DNA of 64,000 nucleotides from Spirochaetia bacterium (GTDB lineage Bacteria; Spirochaetota; Spirochaetia; SZUA-6; Bin103): positions 1,824,001 through 1,888,000 of the forward strand of contig CBDAOI010000004.1 in NCBI GenBank assembly GCA_965198005.1. The letters run 5' to 3'. The notes under the pieces were generated by a model that had not been told where the DNA came from, made no database searches, and saw only the letters and a list, made by a program, of their open reading frames with translations. Shown here piece after piece: positions 18,786 through 28,114 of the stretch. The stretch's first letter is position 1. Each line of letters opens with the position of its first letter. The translations under genes were made by a program, and so were the position numbers.

Positions 18786-19757
18786 CTACGGGGTCTGGGC
18801 GCCGCGGGTCTCCAGGTACAGCGCGTACAGCGACTGGCTGGCGGCCATGAACAGACGGTTCTTGTGGCGCCCGCCGAAGCACAGATTGGCACAGATCTCC
18901 GGCAGGTGGATACGGCCGAGCAGCTCGCCCTCGGGGGAGTAGCAGTGGACGCCGTTGAAGCCGCGATCGCCGTTGACGACCGCCCACAGGTTGGCGAACT
19001 GGTCGGTGCGAATGCCGTCGGAACCACCCGGATCCAGGTCCGCGAACACCCGCTGCCCGTGCGCGCGGCCGTCGGCCACGTCGTAGGCGTAGATCACGCG
19101 CGGGCAGTCGGGCCGGTGCGAGCGGCCGGTCTCGACCACGTACAGGCGCCGGTAGTCGGGGGAGAAGCAGAGGCCGTTGGGGGCGGTCATGTCGTCCACC
19201 GCCACCGTGAGCGCGCCGCCGGCCGGGTCGAGGCGGTACACGTAGCACGGCAGCTCGAACTCGGCCCAGTGGCCTTCGTACAGTTTGATGATGCCGTAGC
19301 CGGGATCGGTAAACCAGATCGAGCCGTCGGGATGGGTGCAGACGTCGTTGGGAGCGTTCAGCCGCTTGCCGTCGAAGCGGTCGGCGAGCACGGTGATCGT
19401 GCCGTCGTGCTCGGTGCGGGTGACCCGGCGTGAGCCGTGCTCGCACGTGAGCAGCCGCCCCTGAGCGTCGCGGTAGTTGCCGTTGGGGTTGTTGGCCGGC
19501 CGGCGGAAGTCGGTGACCGCGCCGCCGGCGGCGTCGTAGCGCAGAATCCGGTCGTTGGGGATGTCGCTGAGCAGCAGGCAGTCGTGGTCGCCGAACCAGA
19601 CCGGTCCCTCGGCCCAGCGCATGCCGGTGAACAGGCGTTCGACGGCGGCGTTGAACAGCGTGAGCTTGGCGAAGCGCGGGTCGTGCGCCTCGATGGCGGG
19701 GTCGGGGTAGCATAAGACATCGTTCCAGTTACGGCCGGCAATGCGAGAGTCGGGCAT
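18786..19757 (-). CDS. SMP-30/gluconolactonase family protein
   Basis: WAEGPVW, LNAPND, FTDPGYG, PNGLCFSPD, SDG. Confidence 0.92.
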   Translation of the reverse strand: MPDSRIAGRNWNDVLCYPDPAIEAHDPRFAKLTLFNAAVERLFTGMRWAEGPVWFGDHDCLLLSDIPNDRILRYDAAGGAVTDFRRPANNPNGNYRDAQGRLLTCEHGSRRVTRTEHDGTITVLADRFDGKRLNAPNDVCTHPDGSIWFTDPGYGIIKLYEGHWAEFELPCYVYRLDPAGGALTVAVDDMTAPNGLCFSPDYRRLYVVETGRSHRPDCPRVIYAYDVADGRAHGQRVFADLDPGGSDGIRTDQFANLWAVVNGDRGFNGVHCYSPEGELLGRIHLPEICANLCFGGRHKNRLFMAASQSLYALYLETRGAQTP

Positions 19758-19813
19758 GGCCGGGAATATACCACGACTCGGCTGCGGTGGAAGGGCCGGG
19801 TGGGGCCGGGCGG

Positions 19814-20347
19814 CTACGACAGGCGGCGCAGTTGTTCGAGGATCGTGCCGGCCGCGGCGCGGTCGCTGATGCGGCTGCCGACATGCGACCAGCGCACGAA
19901 CCCGGTGCCGTCGACCACGAAGGTGGCGGGTGCGGCCAAGCCGTCACCGAGCAAGTCGTACACGCCGTAGTCGCGCACCACCTCGGCTTCGGGATCGTAC
20001 AGGACCAGGAACGGGATCCCGGCGCGGCTGACGATTCTCTCAGCACCGGCGAGGTTGTCAGTGCTGATCGCGATCACCTCTGCGCCCAACTCCCGAATCG
20101 CCGCGTAGTGTTCTCCCAGCTCGACGAGCTGGCGCCGGCAGTACGTTCACCAGAACGCCCGGTAGAACACGAGCACCACCGGACCCTGCTCCAGGGCTGC
20201 GCTCAGCGCATGGGTCTCGCCGTCGGTGCCGGGCAGGCTGAACTCCGGCGCATTTTCTCCCACTGCGGGGGTGGTTGCCCCGAGGGACGCGGGTATGGCC
20301 GCCACAATCACGAGCACCGTAAGCCCTATTGCCGTCAACCTGAACAT
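19814..20347 (-). CDS. Peroxiredoxin-like (AhpC/TSA, thioredoxin fold) selenoprotein, UxxC
   Basis: Two in-frame ORFs joined by TGA at 20147-20149: VLVFYRAFW-U-TYCRRQL...PATFVVD; N-terminal signal peptide; downstream hairpin. Confidence 0.85.
20116..20132 (-). promoter_or_regulatory. Bacterial SECIS-like hairpin
   Basis: CCAGCTC-GTC-GAGCTGG starting 15 nt after the UGA; the apical loop begins with G. Confidence 0.65.
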
Positions 20348-20408
20348 CTACCACTCAGTGTACGGGGGTCCGGGCATCTCGGCAAGTGCGGCAAGTGCGG
20401 TCAACGAG

Positions 20409-21662
20409 CTAATCGTCGCCGGCGTCCGGGCGGCTGGGGGCGTGGTTGCCGTCGCCGGCGAGCGCGGCCAGCGTGGCCTGCCGGGTGAGGATGCCGAGGA
20501 AGCGGCCCTGCTCGCCGAGCACCGCGATCGGCGCCTGATTGTCGGCCGCCAGCGCCAGCAGCTCGTCCAGGTACCGGTGCCGGTGGGTGGTCGGCGCGCT
20601 GGTGCGCACGATCCGGTCCAGGTCGGCGTCGCCGCGTTCGACCGCGGCGGGCAGGTCGTCGACGTGGATGAAGCCCCGGTAGCGGCGCTCCCCGTCGGTC
20701 ACGAACCCGAACGTGCGGCGCGCGTCGCGCAACGTCGCCAGAGCGCTGTGCGGCGCGGTCCGGATCGGCAGCGGGGTGACGCGATCCATCACCACGCCGG
20801 CGCTCAGCACCCGCCCGCGGTTGACGTCGCGCACGAACTCTTGCACGTAGTCGTCGGCCGGGTTGGTGATGATGTCGACCGGGGTGCCGACCTGAATCAC
20901 CTTGCCGTCCTTGAGGATGGCGATGCGATCGCCCAGCCGCAACGCCTCGTCCAGGTCGTGGGTGATAAACACGATGGTCTTGTTCAGGTCGCGCTGCAGC
21001 CGGATCAGCTCATCCTGCATGTCCCGCCGAATCAGCGGATCGAGCGCGCTGAACGGCTCGTCCATCAGCAGAATATCGGGATCGGTGCACAGCGCCCGGG
21101 CCAGACCGACCCGCTGCTGCATGCCCCCCGATAGCTGGTTCGGCCGCATCTCCTCGTACCCCTGCAGCCCCACCACCTCGATCCACCGGTTGGCCCGCTC
21201 GACCTGCTCCTCCTTTGACACCCCCTGCACGTTCAGGCCGTAGGCGACGTTCTGGACCACGTTGCGGTGTGGGAGCAACCCGAAGCGCTGGAACACCATG
21301 CTCATCTTGGTGCGCCGCAGCGCCTTGATCTCCCCCGGGCCAAGCTCGACGATGTTCGCGCCGTCGACCAGTACCTGGCCCGCGGTGGGGTCGATCAGCC
21401 GGTTCACGCAGCGCACGAAGGTGGACTTGCCGCTGCCCGACAGGCCCATCACCACGAAGGTTTCGGCGCCCTTGATCTGCAGGTTGACGTCATGCAGCCC
21501 GACCGTGTGGCCGGTGTCGGCGAGAATCTGCTCCTTGCTGGTGCCCGCCTCGACCTGCGCCATCACTTCCTGCGGGCGCGGACCGAAGATCTTGTACAGG
21601 TGCGTTACTTCGATGTCGCTTGGAGAGCCGTTCTCGCTGTCGAGCGCGCCGGCGTCACCCAT
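20409..21662 (-). CDS. proV: Glycine betaine/proline ABC transporter ATP-binding subunit
   Basis: GLSGSGKS, LSGGMQQRVG, DEPFSALDPLIR, C-terminal CBS pair. Confidence 0.9.
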   Translation of the reverse strand: MGDAGALDSENGSPSDIEVTHLYKIFGPRPQEVMAQVEAGTSKEQILADTGHTVGLHDVNLQIKGAETFVVMGLSGSGKSTFVRCVNRLIDPTAGQVLVDGANIVELGPGEIKALRRTKMSMVFQRFGLLPHRNVVQNVAYGLNVQGVSKEEQVERANRWIEVVGLQGYEEMRPNQLSGGMQQRVGLARALCTDPDILLMDEPFSALDPLIRRDMQDELIRLQRDLNKTIVFITHDLDEALRLGDRIAILKDGKVIQVGTPVDIITNPADDYVQEFVRDVNRGRVLSAGVVMDRVTPLPIRTAPHSALATLRDARRTFGFVTDGERRYRGFIHVDDLPAAVERGDADLDRIVRTSAPTTHRHRYLDELLALAADNQAPIAVLGEQGRFLGILTRQATLAALAGDGNHAPSRPDAGDD

Positions 21663-21666
21663 ATCG

Positions 21667-22578
21667 CTACGCCTTGGTCGTTTGCGTGGGGTCGAGACGG
21701 CCCCCGACCGCGGTCGTAATGCGATCGAAGATCACCGCCAGCGCCACAATCGCCAAGCCCGCTTCCAGGCCCATGCCGACGTCGGCGTTCTGCAGCCCGC
21801 GCAGCACCTGCCGCCCGAGGCCGCGTGCGCCGATCATCGAGGTGATCACCACCATCGACAGCGCCATCATGATGGTCTGGTTGACCCCGGCCATGATGTT
21901 GGGCATCGCCAATGGCATGCGCACGCCCCACAGGATCTGGCGTCCGGTAGCACCGAATGCATCCGCCGCTTCCACCGTGTCGCGGTCCACCAGACGAATG
22001 CCCAGGTTGGTGAGCCGAATGATCGGCGGCACGGCGAACACGAAAATCGCAAACGTTGCGGCCACGTTACCGAGACCGAAGAAGAAGATGAACGGGATCA
22101 GATAGACGAACGGTGGCACGGTCTGCATGGCGTCGAGGATTGGGTTGATCAGCGCGCGCACCAACCGGGTGGTGGCCATCAGAATGCCGATGGGGATGCC
22201 GACGATGACGGTGAGACCAGTCGCGATGAACAACATCGCCAGGGTCCGCATGGTGTCGGTCCAGAGGTCCATCATGCCGATGACCAGCAGCGCGGCAGCG
22301 AGCCCCAGCGCCAGTATCCGGTTGCGCGACGCCTGCCACGCGACCAGGCAGATGGCGGCGATCACCAGCCACCACGGCAGCCACAGCAGCGACAGCTCCA
22401 CTTGGCGCAGCACCACCAGCATGAAGCCGCTGAGCGAGTCGAATGCTCTGCCGAAGTTCCCGACCAGGAACTTCAGCGCGCTATTCGTCCACTCCCGGAG
22501 CGGGATCCGGCAGCCTTCCGGGAACGTGCTGAAGATCCGATCGAAACTGCCGGTGCACTCCTGCAACCAGTTTCCCAT
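21667..22578 (-). CDS. proW: Glycine betaine/proline ABC transporter permease
   Basis: LDAMQTVPPFVYLIP, EAADAFG, AGVNQTIMMALSMVV. Confidence 0.9.
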   Translation of the reverse strand: MGNWLQECTGSFDRIFSTFPEGCRIPLREWTNSALKFLVGNFGRAFDSLSGFMLVVLRQVELSLLWLPWWLVIAAICLVAWQASRNRILALGLAAALLVIGMMDLWTDTMRTLAMLFIATGLTVIVGIPIGILMATTRLVRALINPILDAMQTVPPFVYLIPFIFFFGLGNVAATFAIFVFAVPPIIRLTNLGIRLVDRDTVEAADAFGATGRQILWGVRMPLAMPNIMAGVNQTIMMALSMVVITSMIGARGLGRQVLRGLQNADVGMGLEAGLAIVALAVIFDRITTAVGGRLDPTQTTKA

Positions 22579-22606
22579 TACTCGAAGCTCTCGACTCCGC
22601 GACAGA

Positions 22607-22638
22607 GCGGAGCGGGGGATCCGTGGCCCCCGCTCCGC
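22607..22638. repeat. Intercistronic stem-loop after the SBP gene
   Basis: GCGGAGCGGGGG / CCCCCGCTCCGC perfect 12-bp stem. Confidence 0.7.
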
Positions 22639-22672
22639 ATCATGCGGCGATCAGGTCGACTCCGCTCCGCTG

Positions 22673-23755
22673 CTAGTTGAGCGCCGCCTGAATGCGGCCC
22701 GCTACTTCGTCGGACACCCAGGCCATCCACACGCCCGACTCCGCTTTCAAGAAGTCGCGGGCGACCTCAGCCCATTCCGCGTCGTTGGTGCTCTGGTGGG
22801 CCAGATACGCGCTGACCAGCATTTGATCCATCTCGTAGGCGCGGAGGAACGCGATCATCTCTTCCGAGGCGCCCTCGGCGAACGCGTTGCTTACCGCGAC
22901 GTTGACCACCGACGGCTGAAACGCGCAGCCGCGGTCGCCGTCCCAACACTCCTGGGACCACGCGGGCTCTTCGAGCTGGATCATTTCGTAGAGGCCAAGC
23001 AGTGTGGTGGGACCCCAGTAGTAGCCAAGCCACGCATCACCTTTCTGATAGGCACCGGCAATCGACGCATCCAGCGCGGGAGCCGCGCCCGGGCGAAAGT
23101 TGGTGAAGTGATCCTCCAGGCCATACGCCGCCATCTTCTTGTTGTTGGTCAACTCGCATTGCCAACCGATGATGCAGTTGTAGTAGCGGCCCATGTCCGG
23201 CTGCTCCGGGTCCTTGAACACTTCCGCGTAGCGTGCCAAATCGGCCACCGACTTCAGATCCGGCGCCATCGGCTCGATACCGCGTTCGGGGTCTCCCTCG
23301 ATCACGTAGCGCGGCACCAGAAACGACATCTCGGCGGCGTTCATGTTCAAGCCCAAGTCGAGCACGTCGCCCGCGTCGGCGGCTTCATGGTAGAGATCGG
23401 GGGCGGTGTTGAACCAGATCTCCATGTTGATGTCGACGTCGCCGCGTACCAGTCCCTGGACCATCGGGATGGTCGATCCGGGGATATCCGTATACTCGCA
23501 ACCGAAACCCGCCTGCAGAATCTGCCCGGCGATGTGGTTGTGGAGCGAAGCGCTTGCCCAGTCGAGGCCGGCAAACACCAGCTCCCGGTCGATCCCGTTG
23601 CAGTCGGGGCCGTCCGCCATGTCTCCCTTTTCCCTTGCGGGTTCGGCGACCGCGACCTGGGCAGCGAGCGCCAGAGCGACCGCGCAGGTCAGAAACTTGA
23701 TGAAAACCCCTGTACGAAACCTGTGGCCTGAGGCCAGATTCTTGAAAATACACAT
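22673..23755 (-). CDS. proX: Glycine betaine ABC transporter substrate-binding protein
   Basis: Signal peptide, DWAS, CIIGWQC, YYWGPT; same operon as proWV. Confidence 0.85.
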   Translation of the reverse strand: MCIFKNLASGHRFRTGVFIKFLTCAVALALAAQVAVAEPAREKGDMADGPDCNGIDRELVFAGLDWASASLHNHIAGQILQAGFGCEYTDIPGSTIPMVQGLVRGDVDINMEIWFNTAPDLYHEAADAGDVLDLGLNMNAAEMSFLVPRYVIEGDPERGIEPMAPDLKSVADLARYAEVFKDPEQPDMGRYYNCIIGWQCELTNNKKMAAYGLEDHFTNFRPGAAPALDASIAGAYQKGDAWLGYYWGPTTLLGLYEMIQLEEPAWSQECWDGDRGCAFQPSVVNVAVSNAFAEGASEEMIAFLRAYEMDQMLVSAYLAHQSTNDAEWAEVARDFLKAESGVWMAWVSDEVAGRIQAALN

Positions 23756-23764
23756 AGACCAACA

Positions 23765-23794
23765 AGTATATCACAGTCGAAAGTGGGGTGTCAA
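23765..23794 (-). promoter_or_regulatory. sigma70 promoter of proXWV
   Basis: TTGACA-N18-TATACT with TG extension. Confidence 0.7.
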
Positions 23795-23933
23795 GCCGGT
23801 CGAGGAGGCCAAGGAGGCCATTTGGAGGCTGCAGGAGGCCGCAGGGCCGCATGCACCCGAAATAATGTGGGCGGGGCCATTGCGCCGCCGCCGCCGGCTC
23901 GGTTACCCTGGACTGGCCGGATCGATCTGCCGC

Positions 23934-25298
23934 ATGCCTGTAACCATCTCACACCCTTCGGCGCCGGACCGCTTTGCGGTGCTGGTGCGCAACACGCTGT
24001 TCGATACGCTGCCCGCGGAGGAGCAGGCGTTGCTGCGCGACCTGCACGCGCGCTACCGGCTCACCGTACAGGAGATGCGGTTGCTGTGCGAGGCCGCGCG
24101 CGACCTGGAGCAGTGGCGCGAACCGGGGCTGGCCGCTTGGTGGCGGACGGCGGAGGGGGCGCCGGAGGTTGCCGGAGCGCCCGTGGGGGGGCCGCGCGAA
24201 GGTCGGGCGCCTGCCGGGCGCGCGCCGGTCGGGCGGGAGCGCAAGCGCCGGTTGCTGCGGCGCCTGCACGAGCACGTGGCCGGTTTGCGGACGGCCGCTA
24301 CGGTCTATCCGGCCGCCACGCCGCCGGCGCCCGCGCGGCCGCCGCTGCACTTCGCGCCGGGCGACCCGGACGCGGCGGTGTTCGGCGACTGTCCGGTCCG
24401 CTCCGAGCGCACGCTGTGCTGCAATCTCAGGACCATCGACGCGGTGCAGAACTGTGCCTACGGCTGCAGCTACTGCACCATCCAGACCTTCTACGGCGAC
24501 CGGGTGGCGGTGGACCCCGATCTGGGCGCCAAGCTGCGCCGGCTGGAGCTGGAGCCGGGGCGTTTCTATCACGTCGGTTCGGGGCAGTCCTCCGACTCGC
24601 TGGTGTGGGGCAACCGCGGCGGCATTCTGGATCACCTGTGCGCGTTCGCCGCCGCCCACCCCGACGTGCTGCTGGAGCTCAAGACCAAGTCCGCCAACGT
24701 CACCTACCTGCTGGAGCATCCGGTGCCGGCCAACGTCGTGTGCAGTTGGTCGCTCAACACGGCGCCGGTGATCGCGCACGAGGAACACTTCACCGCGCCC
24801 CTGGAGCAGCGGCTGCAGGCGGCGCGCCGGGTCGCGGACCGGGGGATCAAGGTGGCGTTCCACTTCCATCCCATGGTGCACTACGCCGGGTGGGAGGCCG
24901 ACTACCCGGCGCTGGCGCGGCGCATTCAGGCGGAATTCGATCCGGCCGAGGTGCTGTTCGTGTCGCTCGGATCGGTCACCTTCATCAAGCCGGTGATCCG
25001 GCAGATCCGGCGGCGCGGCGAGCCGACGCGGATCCTGCAGACCGAGCTGGTGAAGGACCCGCACGGCAAGCTGACCTATCCCGACGACCTGAAGGTGGCG
25101 ATGTTCCACACCATGTATCGGGCACTGGCGCCCTGGCACGGGCGCGTGTTCCTGTACCTGTGCATGGAGAAGGCCGAGCTCTGGGACCGCGCCTTCGGCT
25201 GGCGGTTCGCCTCGAACGAGCACTTCGAGCGCGCCTTCGCCGCGGGCACGCTGTACCGGCGGGCGAGCCTGCCGGCCGCGGCTGCGAGGGCCGGCTGA
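23934..25298 (+). CDS. Radical SAM protein, spore photoproduct lyase (SplB)-like, with N-terminal extension
   Basis: CAYGCSYC preceded by CP-x7-CC; LELKTKS, WSLN, FHFHP, YLCME. Confidence 0.8.
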   Translation: MPVTISHPSAPDRFAVLVRNTLFDTLPAEEQALLRDLHARYRLTVQEMRLLCEAARDLEQWREPGLAAWWRTAEGAPEVAGAPVGGPREGRAPAGRAPVGRERKRRLLRRLHEHVAGLRTAATVYPAATPPAPARPPLHFAPGDPDAAVFGDCPVRSERTLCCNLRTIDAVQNCAYGCSYCTIQTFYGDRVAVDPDLGAKLRRLELEPGRFYHVGSGQSSDSLVWGNRGGILDHLCAFAAAHPDVLLELKTKSANVTYLLEHPVPANVVCSWSLNTAPVIAHEEHFTAPLEQRLQAARRVADRGIKVAFHFHPMVHYAGWEADYPALARRIQAEFDPAEVLFVSLGSVTFIKPVIRQIRRRGEPTRILQTELVKDPHGKLTYPDDLKVAMFHTMYRALAPWHGRVFLYLCMEKAELWDRAFGWRFASNEHFERAFAAGTLYRRASLPAAAARAG

Positions 25299-25300
25299 GC

Positions 25301-26101
25301 ATGGACAAGCGCGCCTGCCTCGAGTCGATTGTGACTCACATGGGGAGCGTCGCGGTGGCGCTGTCCGGGGGGGTCGACAGCGGTCTGGTGGCCCGGGTGG
25401 CGCACGACTGCCTGGGCGACGGCGCGATCGCGCTTACCGCGGTCTCGCCGAGTCTGGCGGCGGCGGAGCAGCGCGCGGTGGCGGAGCTGGTGGCGCGGAT
25501 CGGCATTCGCCACCTCTTTCTGCGCAGCCGTGAGACCGAGGACCCGCGCTATCGCGCCAACGCGTCCGACCGCTGCTACTACTGCAAGACCAACGTCTAC
25601 CAGGAGTTGGTCGACTACGCCCACGGCGAGGGGTTCCGCCACCTGGCGGACGGCACCAACGCGGACGACGCCGGCGATCACCGCCCCGGCCGGCGCGCGG
25701 CGCACCAGCACGGGGTGCGCAGCCCGCTGCAGGAGGCGGGGTTCACCAAGGCCGACGTGCGCGCGCTGGCGCGGGAGCTGGGGCTGCCGATCTGGGACAA
25801 GCCGGCGGCGGCCTGTCTGGCGTCGCGGATTCCGTACGGCTCGACGGTGACGCCGGAGAAGCTGAGCCAGGTGGAGGCGGCGGAAGCGGTGCTGGCCGAG
25901 CTGGGGCTGCGCCAACTTCGCGTGCGCCATCACGGGCCGGTGGCGCGGCTGGAGGTGGAGCCGGAGGCGGTGCCGGTGGTGCTCGAGCATCGCCGGCTGA
26001 TCACGCAGCGGCTCAAGGCGCTGGGGTTCGTGTTCGTGGCGCTCGATCTGGATGGATTTCGCTCCGGCAGCATGAACGAGGCGCTGCGGAGTCATGGCTG
26101 A
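25301..26101 (+). CDS. larE: NPN cofactor sulfur transferase LarE (CXXC-C, [4Fe-4S]-type)
   Basis: PP-loop SGGVDS, RCYYCK, DHRPG, ACLASRIPYG, GFRSGSMN. Confidence 0.92.
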   Translation: MDKRACLESIVTHMGSVAVALSGGVDSGLVARVAHDCLGDGAIALTAVSPSLAAAEQRAVAELVARIGIRHLFLRSRETEDPRYRANASDRCYYCKTNVYQELVDYAHGEGFRHLADGTNADDAGDHRPGRRAAHQHGVRSPLQEAGFTKADVRALARELGLPIWDKPAAACLASRIPYGSTVTPEKLSQVEAAEAVLAELGLRQLRVRHHGPVARLEVEPEAVPVVLEHRRLITQRLKALGFVFVALDLDGFRSGSMNEALRSHG

Positions 26102-26909
26102 GCCGGCCGCCGGCCTGGACGAGCTGCTGGCCGGCACCCTGGCCGAGGTGCGGGCCGGACGGCTGGAGGTCGCGGCGGCACTGGAGCGGCTGCGCGACTT
26201 TCCGGTGGATGCCAGTCTGGCCGACGCCCGGCTCGATACCCACCGCGAGCTGCGTACCGGCGTCGCCGAGGTGGTGCTGTGCGCGGGCAAGACCGCGGAC
26301 CAGGTGGCCGGGATCATGCAGCGGCTGCGCGCCCATCACGGCCGCGCGCTGGGCACCCGCGCCACGCCGGAGCTGGCGCGCGCGGTATGCAAGCGGCTGC
26401 CCGCGGCGGCGTACGATCCGGTGTCGCGGCTGCTGAAGCTGGCGGGGGGCGAGCGCGCGGTCGACGGGAAGGCGGCGCCGGGGGCGGAGGGGTCGGTCAC
26501 CACGGCGCTGGTCAGTGGCGGCACCGCCGACCTGCCGGTGGCGGAGGAGGCGGCGCAGACCCTGGAGTTTCTCGGCTGTCCGGTGGAGCGGCTGTACGAC
26601 GTGGGGGTAGCGGGCGTGCACCGGCTGCTGGCGGTGCGGCCGCGGCTGCAGCGCGCCGCGGTGGTGATCAGCGTAGCCGGCATGGAAGGCGCTCTCACCA
26701 GCGTCGTGGCGGGGCTGGTGGCGGCGCCGGTGATCGGGGTTCCCACCAGCGTCGGGTACGGCGCCAATCTGGGCGGCGCGGCGGCGTTGCTGGCGATGCT
26801 CAACACCTGCGCCGGCGGAGTGGCGGTGGTGAACGTCGACAACGGCTTCGGGGCGGCGTTGATGGCGCACGCGATCGTCGGCCGCATCCGCAGCGCCGCC
26901 CGCACATGA
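26094..26909 (+). CDS. larB: NPN cofactor carboxylase/hydrolase LarB
   Basis: GTADLPVAEEA, DVGVAG, AGMEGAL, PTSVGYG, VNVDNGFGAA. Confidence 0.93.
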   Translation: MAEPAAGLDELLAGTLAEVRAGRLEVAAALERLRDFPVDASLADARLDTHRELRTGVAEVVLCAGKTADQVAGIMQRLRAHHGRALGTRATPELARAVCKRLPAAAYDPVSRLLKLAGGERAVDGKAAPGAEGSVTTALVSGGTADLPVAEEAAQTLEFLGCPVERLYDVGVAGVHRLLAVRPRLQRAAVVISVAGMEGALTSVVAGLVAAPVIGVPTSVGYGANLGGAAALLAMLNTCAGGVAVVNVDNGFGAALMAHAIVGRIRSAART

Positions 26910-28114
26910 AGCTGGCCTACGTCGACTGCATCGCCGGCGTGAGCGGCGACATGCTGCTCGGCGCGCTGGTGGACGCCGGCGTTCCGGCGGACGAGTTGCG
27001 GCGGCGCCTGGCGGCGCTGGAGCTGCCCGGCTTCGAGCTGGCGCTGCGCCCGGTGCGGAAGCGGGGAATTGCGGCGCTGCAGGCGGAGGTCACGGTCACC
27101 GACCGGCGGACCGAGCGGCACCTGCCCGAGATCGTCGAGCTGGTGGAGCGCAGCGCGGTTCCGGCGCCGATCAGGCGGCGCGCGCGCGCCATCTTCGAAC
27201 GGCTCGGTGAGGTCGAAGCGGCGATTCACGGCACCAGCGTGGAACGGGTCCATCTGCACGAGTTGGGCGGCATCGACACCATCGTCGACGTGGTCGGAGT
27301 GCTGACCGGCTTCGAGCTGCTCGGCGCCGAGCGGGTCGAGTGCTCGCCGCTGCCGCTGGGGCGCGGGTTCGTGGACTCCGCCCACGGCCGGCTGCCGGTG
27401 CCCGCGCCCGCGACCGTGGCGTTGCTGGAAGGAGTGCCGATCGCCGGCAGCCCGGTGGACGGCGAGCTGGTGACCCCCACCGGGGCGGCCCTGGTCACGG
27501 CGCTGGCCGCGGGCTTCGGGGCGCTGCCGGCGATGACGCTGAGCGCCACCGGCTACGGCGCCGGCCGCGCCGACCGCGCGATTCCCAACGTGGTCCGCCT
27601 GCTGGTGGGCGAGCGTGTGGACGAGGGGGCGGCCGCCGGGCCGCCGTCCACGCAGCCCGCCACGCTCACCACGCTCACCATGCTGGAGACCAACATCGAC
27701 GACATGAATCCCGAGCTGTACGAGTACGTCAGCACGCGGCTGTTGGCGGACGGGGCGCTGGAGGTGTTCACGCAGCCGGCGGCGATGAAGAAGAACCGAC
27801 CGGGCACCTTGCTGAGCGTGTTGTGCCGGCCGCGGCAGGCGGCGGCGCTACGCCGTCTGCTGTTCCGGGAGACTACCACCATCGGGGTGCGCGAGTATGC
27901 CGTGGCGCGCCACGCGCTGGAGCGGGAGACGCGCACGGTGGCGACCCGGTACGGCCCGTTGCGCGTGAAAGTGGTGCAGGGCGAGGGCCTCGAGCCGCGC
28001 TGGGCGCCCGAGTACGAGGACTGCCGGCGGCTGGCCGAGCAGAGCGGGGCGCCGTTGCAGGCGGTGTATCAGGCCGGATTGACGGCCGCGGAGGGGTGCT
28101 CGGCGGCCGAGTGA
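26906..28114 (+). CDS. larC: NPN cofactor nickel insertase LarC (single ORF)
   Basis: DCIAGVSGDM, HLHELG, ELVTPTG, ETNIDD, MKKNRPG, PEYED; ATGA overlap with larB. Confidence 0.93.
   Translation: MKLAYVDCIAGVSGDMLLGALVDAGVPADELRRRLAALELPGFELALRPVRKRGIAALQAEVTVTDRRTERHLPEIVELVERSAVPAPIRRRARAIFERLGEVEAAIHGTSVERVHLHELGGIDTIVDVVGVLTGFELLGAERVECSPLPLGRGFVDSAHGRLPVPAPATVALLEGVPIAGSPVDGELVTPTGAALVTALAAGFGALPAMTLSATGYGAGRADRAIPNVVRLLVGERVDEGAAAGPPSTQPATLTTLTMLETNIDDMNPELYEYVSTRLLADGALEVFTQPAAMKKNRPGTLLSVLCRPRQAAALRRLLFRETTTIGVREYAVARHALERETRTVATRYGPLRVKVVQGEGLEPRWAPEYEDCRRLAEQSGAPLQAVYQAGLTAAEGCSAAE

Noticed and set aside
20147-20149. In-frame TGA read as a nonsense mutation or as genome-wide UGA reassignment
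   Set aside because: It falls on the redox Cys column with a SECIS-like hairpin, and many other genes here end normally at TGA
23700-23712. Non-canonical ATC start for proX after AGGGG
   Set aside because: The in-frame ATG at 23755, just downstream of the promoter, already gives a plausible signal peptide
26906-28114. Programmed frameshift in larC
   Set aside because: The gene is a single continuous frame here
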